Of a stretch of DNA of 64,000 nucleotides, positions 63,216 to 64,000 are shown piece by piece (the stretch's first letter is position 1; the number at the start of each line of letters is the position of its first letter). The stretch lies in the sequence record NC_048016.1. One strand, given 5' to 3'. Both the position numbers and the translations under genes were made by a program. A model generated the notes under the pieces. The model made no database searches. It was given only the letters and a program-made list of their open reading frames with translations, and had not been told where the DNA came from.

Positions 63216-64000
63216 ATGGCGTTATATAGTCTGTCTCAGCGACAGTATTTGTACAACGCGATTAACGCGGAGAGTCCCGGCGCGATTGCACCGATGGGGC
63301 TGGACAATGCCTTGATTGGCACACCGAAGGCGATTCCAGCAACGGCCAGTGGTGCCAATACCGAGATTACCGTACGCGGTCGTCAAGGTCGTGGCTACGT
63401 TGGGGCACAAACCTTCCGCTATAAACGTCTGTCGCTGAACGACTTGTTCAAAAACATGACCCCGACGATCAACGCACCCGATGCGTACGGTCCCCTGTAC
63501 ACCGATGCGAAGAAACTCGCGTTCGCACAGAACCTCAATGGTCGTTACGGGCTGAATCTGGTGAAGGAAGACATTCCTGACCAGTACGTGTATTTGAACG
63601 TCAGCAACACCTTACAGGTAAAAGCAACCTGTATCCAGTACACCGGTTCGATTACGTTCATGTCCATCAAAGGCAAGAACAATCTCGAGGACTTGGTGGT
63701 TAACGACATTCTGGATGAACTGCACCACCCGTCCGATGTCAGTCTTGGGAAACTGTCAGCGTCGCTGCTCAGCTACGGCCACGACTTTACCAATGAACCG
63801 CAGGTGATGATGAACATGACCAACGGTCGACTCGACGTTGGGGTGAACGACACCTCGGGGGCCACGGCGAATCTGATGGCGGTGCTGGTAAATCACGGAT
63901 TGCCGGCGTTTGACACCACCGGGGCCTCCATCAAGCGTATGTTACCGACCGCGGATAAGCGGGGTAACACGATGTACGATAACCTGCTGGTGATAACCGG
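63216..64000 (+). CDS. Tail/baseplate paralog-family protein, 3'-truncated by the window edge; not in ORF track
   Basis: GAGGAGG RBS; MALYSLSQRQYLYNAINAESPG...ANTEITV...GYVGAQTFRYKRLSLNDLFKN; frame appears open to the end. Confidence 0.75.
   Translation, partial: MALYSLSQRQYLYNAINAESPGAIAPMGLDNALIGTPKAIPATASGANTEITVRGRQGRGYVGAQTFRYKRLSLNDLFKNMTPTINAPDAYGPLYTDAKKLAFAQNLNGRYGLNLVKEDIPDQYVYLNVSNTLQVKATCIQYTGSITFMSIKGKNNLEDLVVNDILDELHHPSDVSLGKLSASLLSYGHDFTNEPQVMMNMTNGRLDVGVNDTSGATANLMAVLVNHGLPAFDTTGASIKRMLPTADKRGNTMYDNLLVIT

Noticed and set aside
1-64000. CRISPR array, integrase, transposase, intron or intein
   Set aside because: No regularly spaced direct repeats or corresponding motifs; helicase, RNAP and portal ORFs are uninterrupted

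Overview
64 kb from the genome of a lytic jumbo phage of the phiKZ-like, nucleus-forming group (Chimalliviridae), most similar in gene order and motifs to SPN3US/Erwinia-type phages. This is inferred from recalled family motifs and synteny, not from a database search. Core genes: DnaB-like helicase (7623-9194, -), major capsid protein (9748-12063), a split non-virion RNA polymerase beta-like subunit (15350-17119), portal (20096-22849, -), RuvC-like resolvase, several virion proteins, a pectate-lyase-like tailspike/EPS depolymerase and an array of tail/baseplate paralogs running off the right end. Accessory islands lie between them, bounded by about 25 intrinsic terminators. Two repeated promoter-like motifs are visible: AGATAGATATTAT-N4-RYG (6 copies, probably early) and TTTTAC-N15-TATGT (about 8 copies or variants, probably middle/late). 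The accessory content is the most interesting part: (i) six GNAT or GNAT-like genes around a Dam methylase and a dNMP kinase with altered active-site motifs; (ii) tandem Tyw3-like proteins and a PP-loop enzyme; (iii) a cluster of apparently defective copies of protein machines (prohead-protease paralog without catalytic residues, HslU ATPase lacking its HslV-activating tail, ORF carrying a terminase-like N-terminal fragment); (iv) an ART-like gene, a SLOG protein, a DUF488-like protein, a free-standing HNH endonuclease, UVR-like mini-proteins and unlisted small membrane/lipoprotein ORFs. No tRNA, rRNA, CRISPR array, integrase or transposase was seen.
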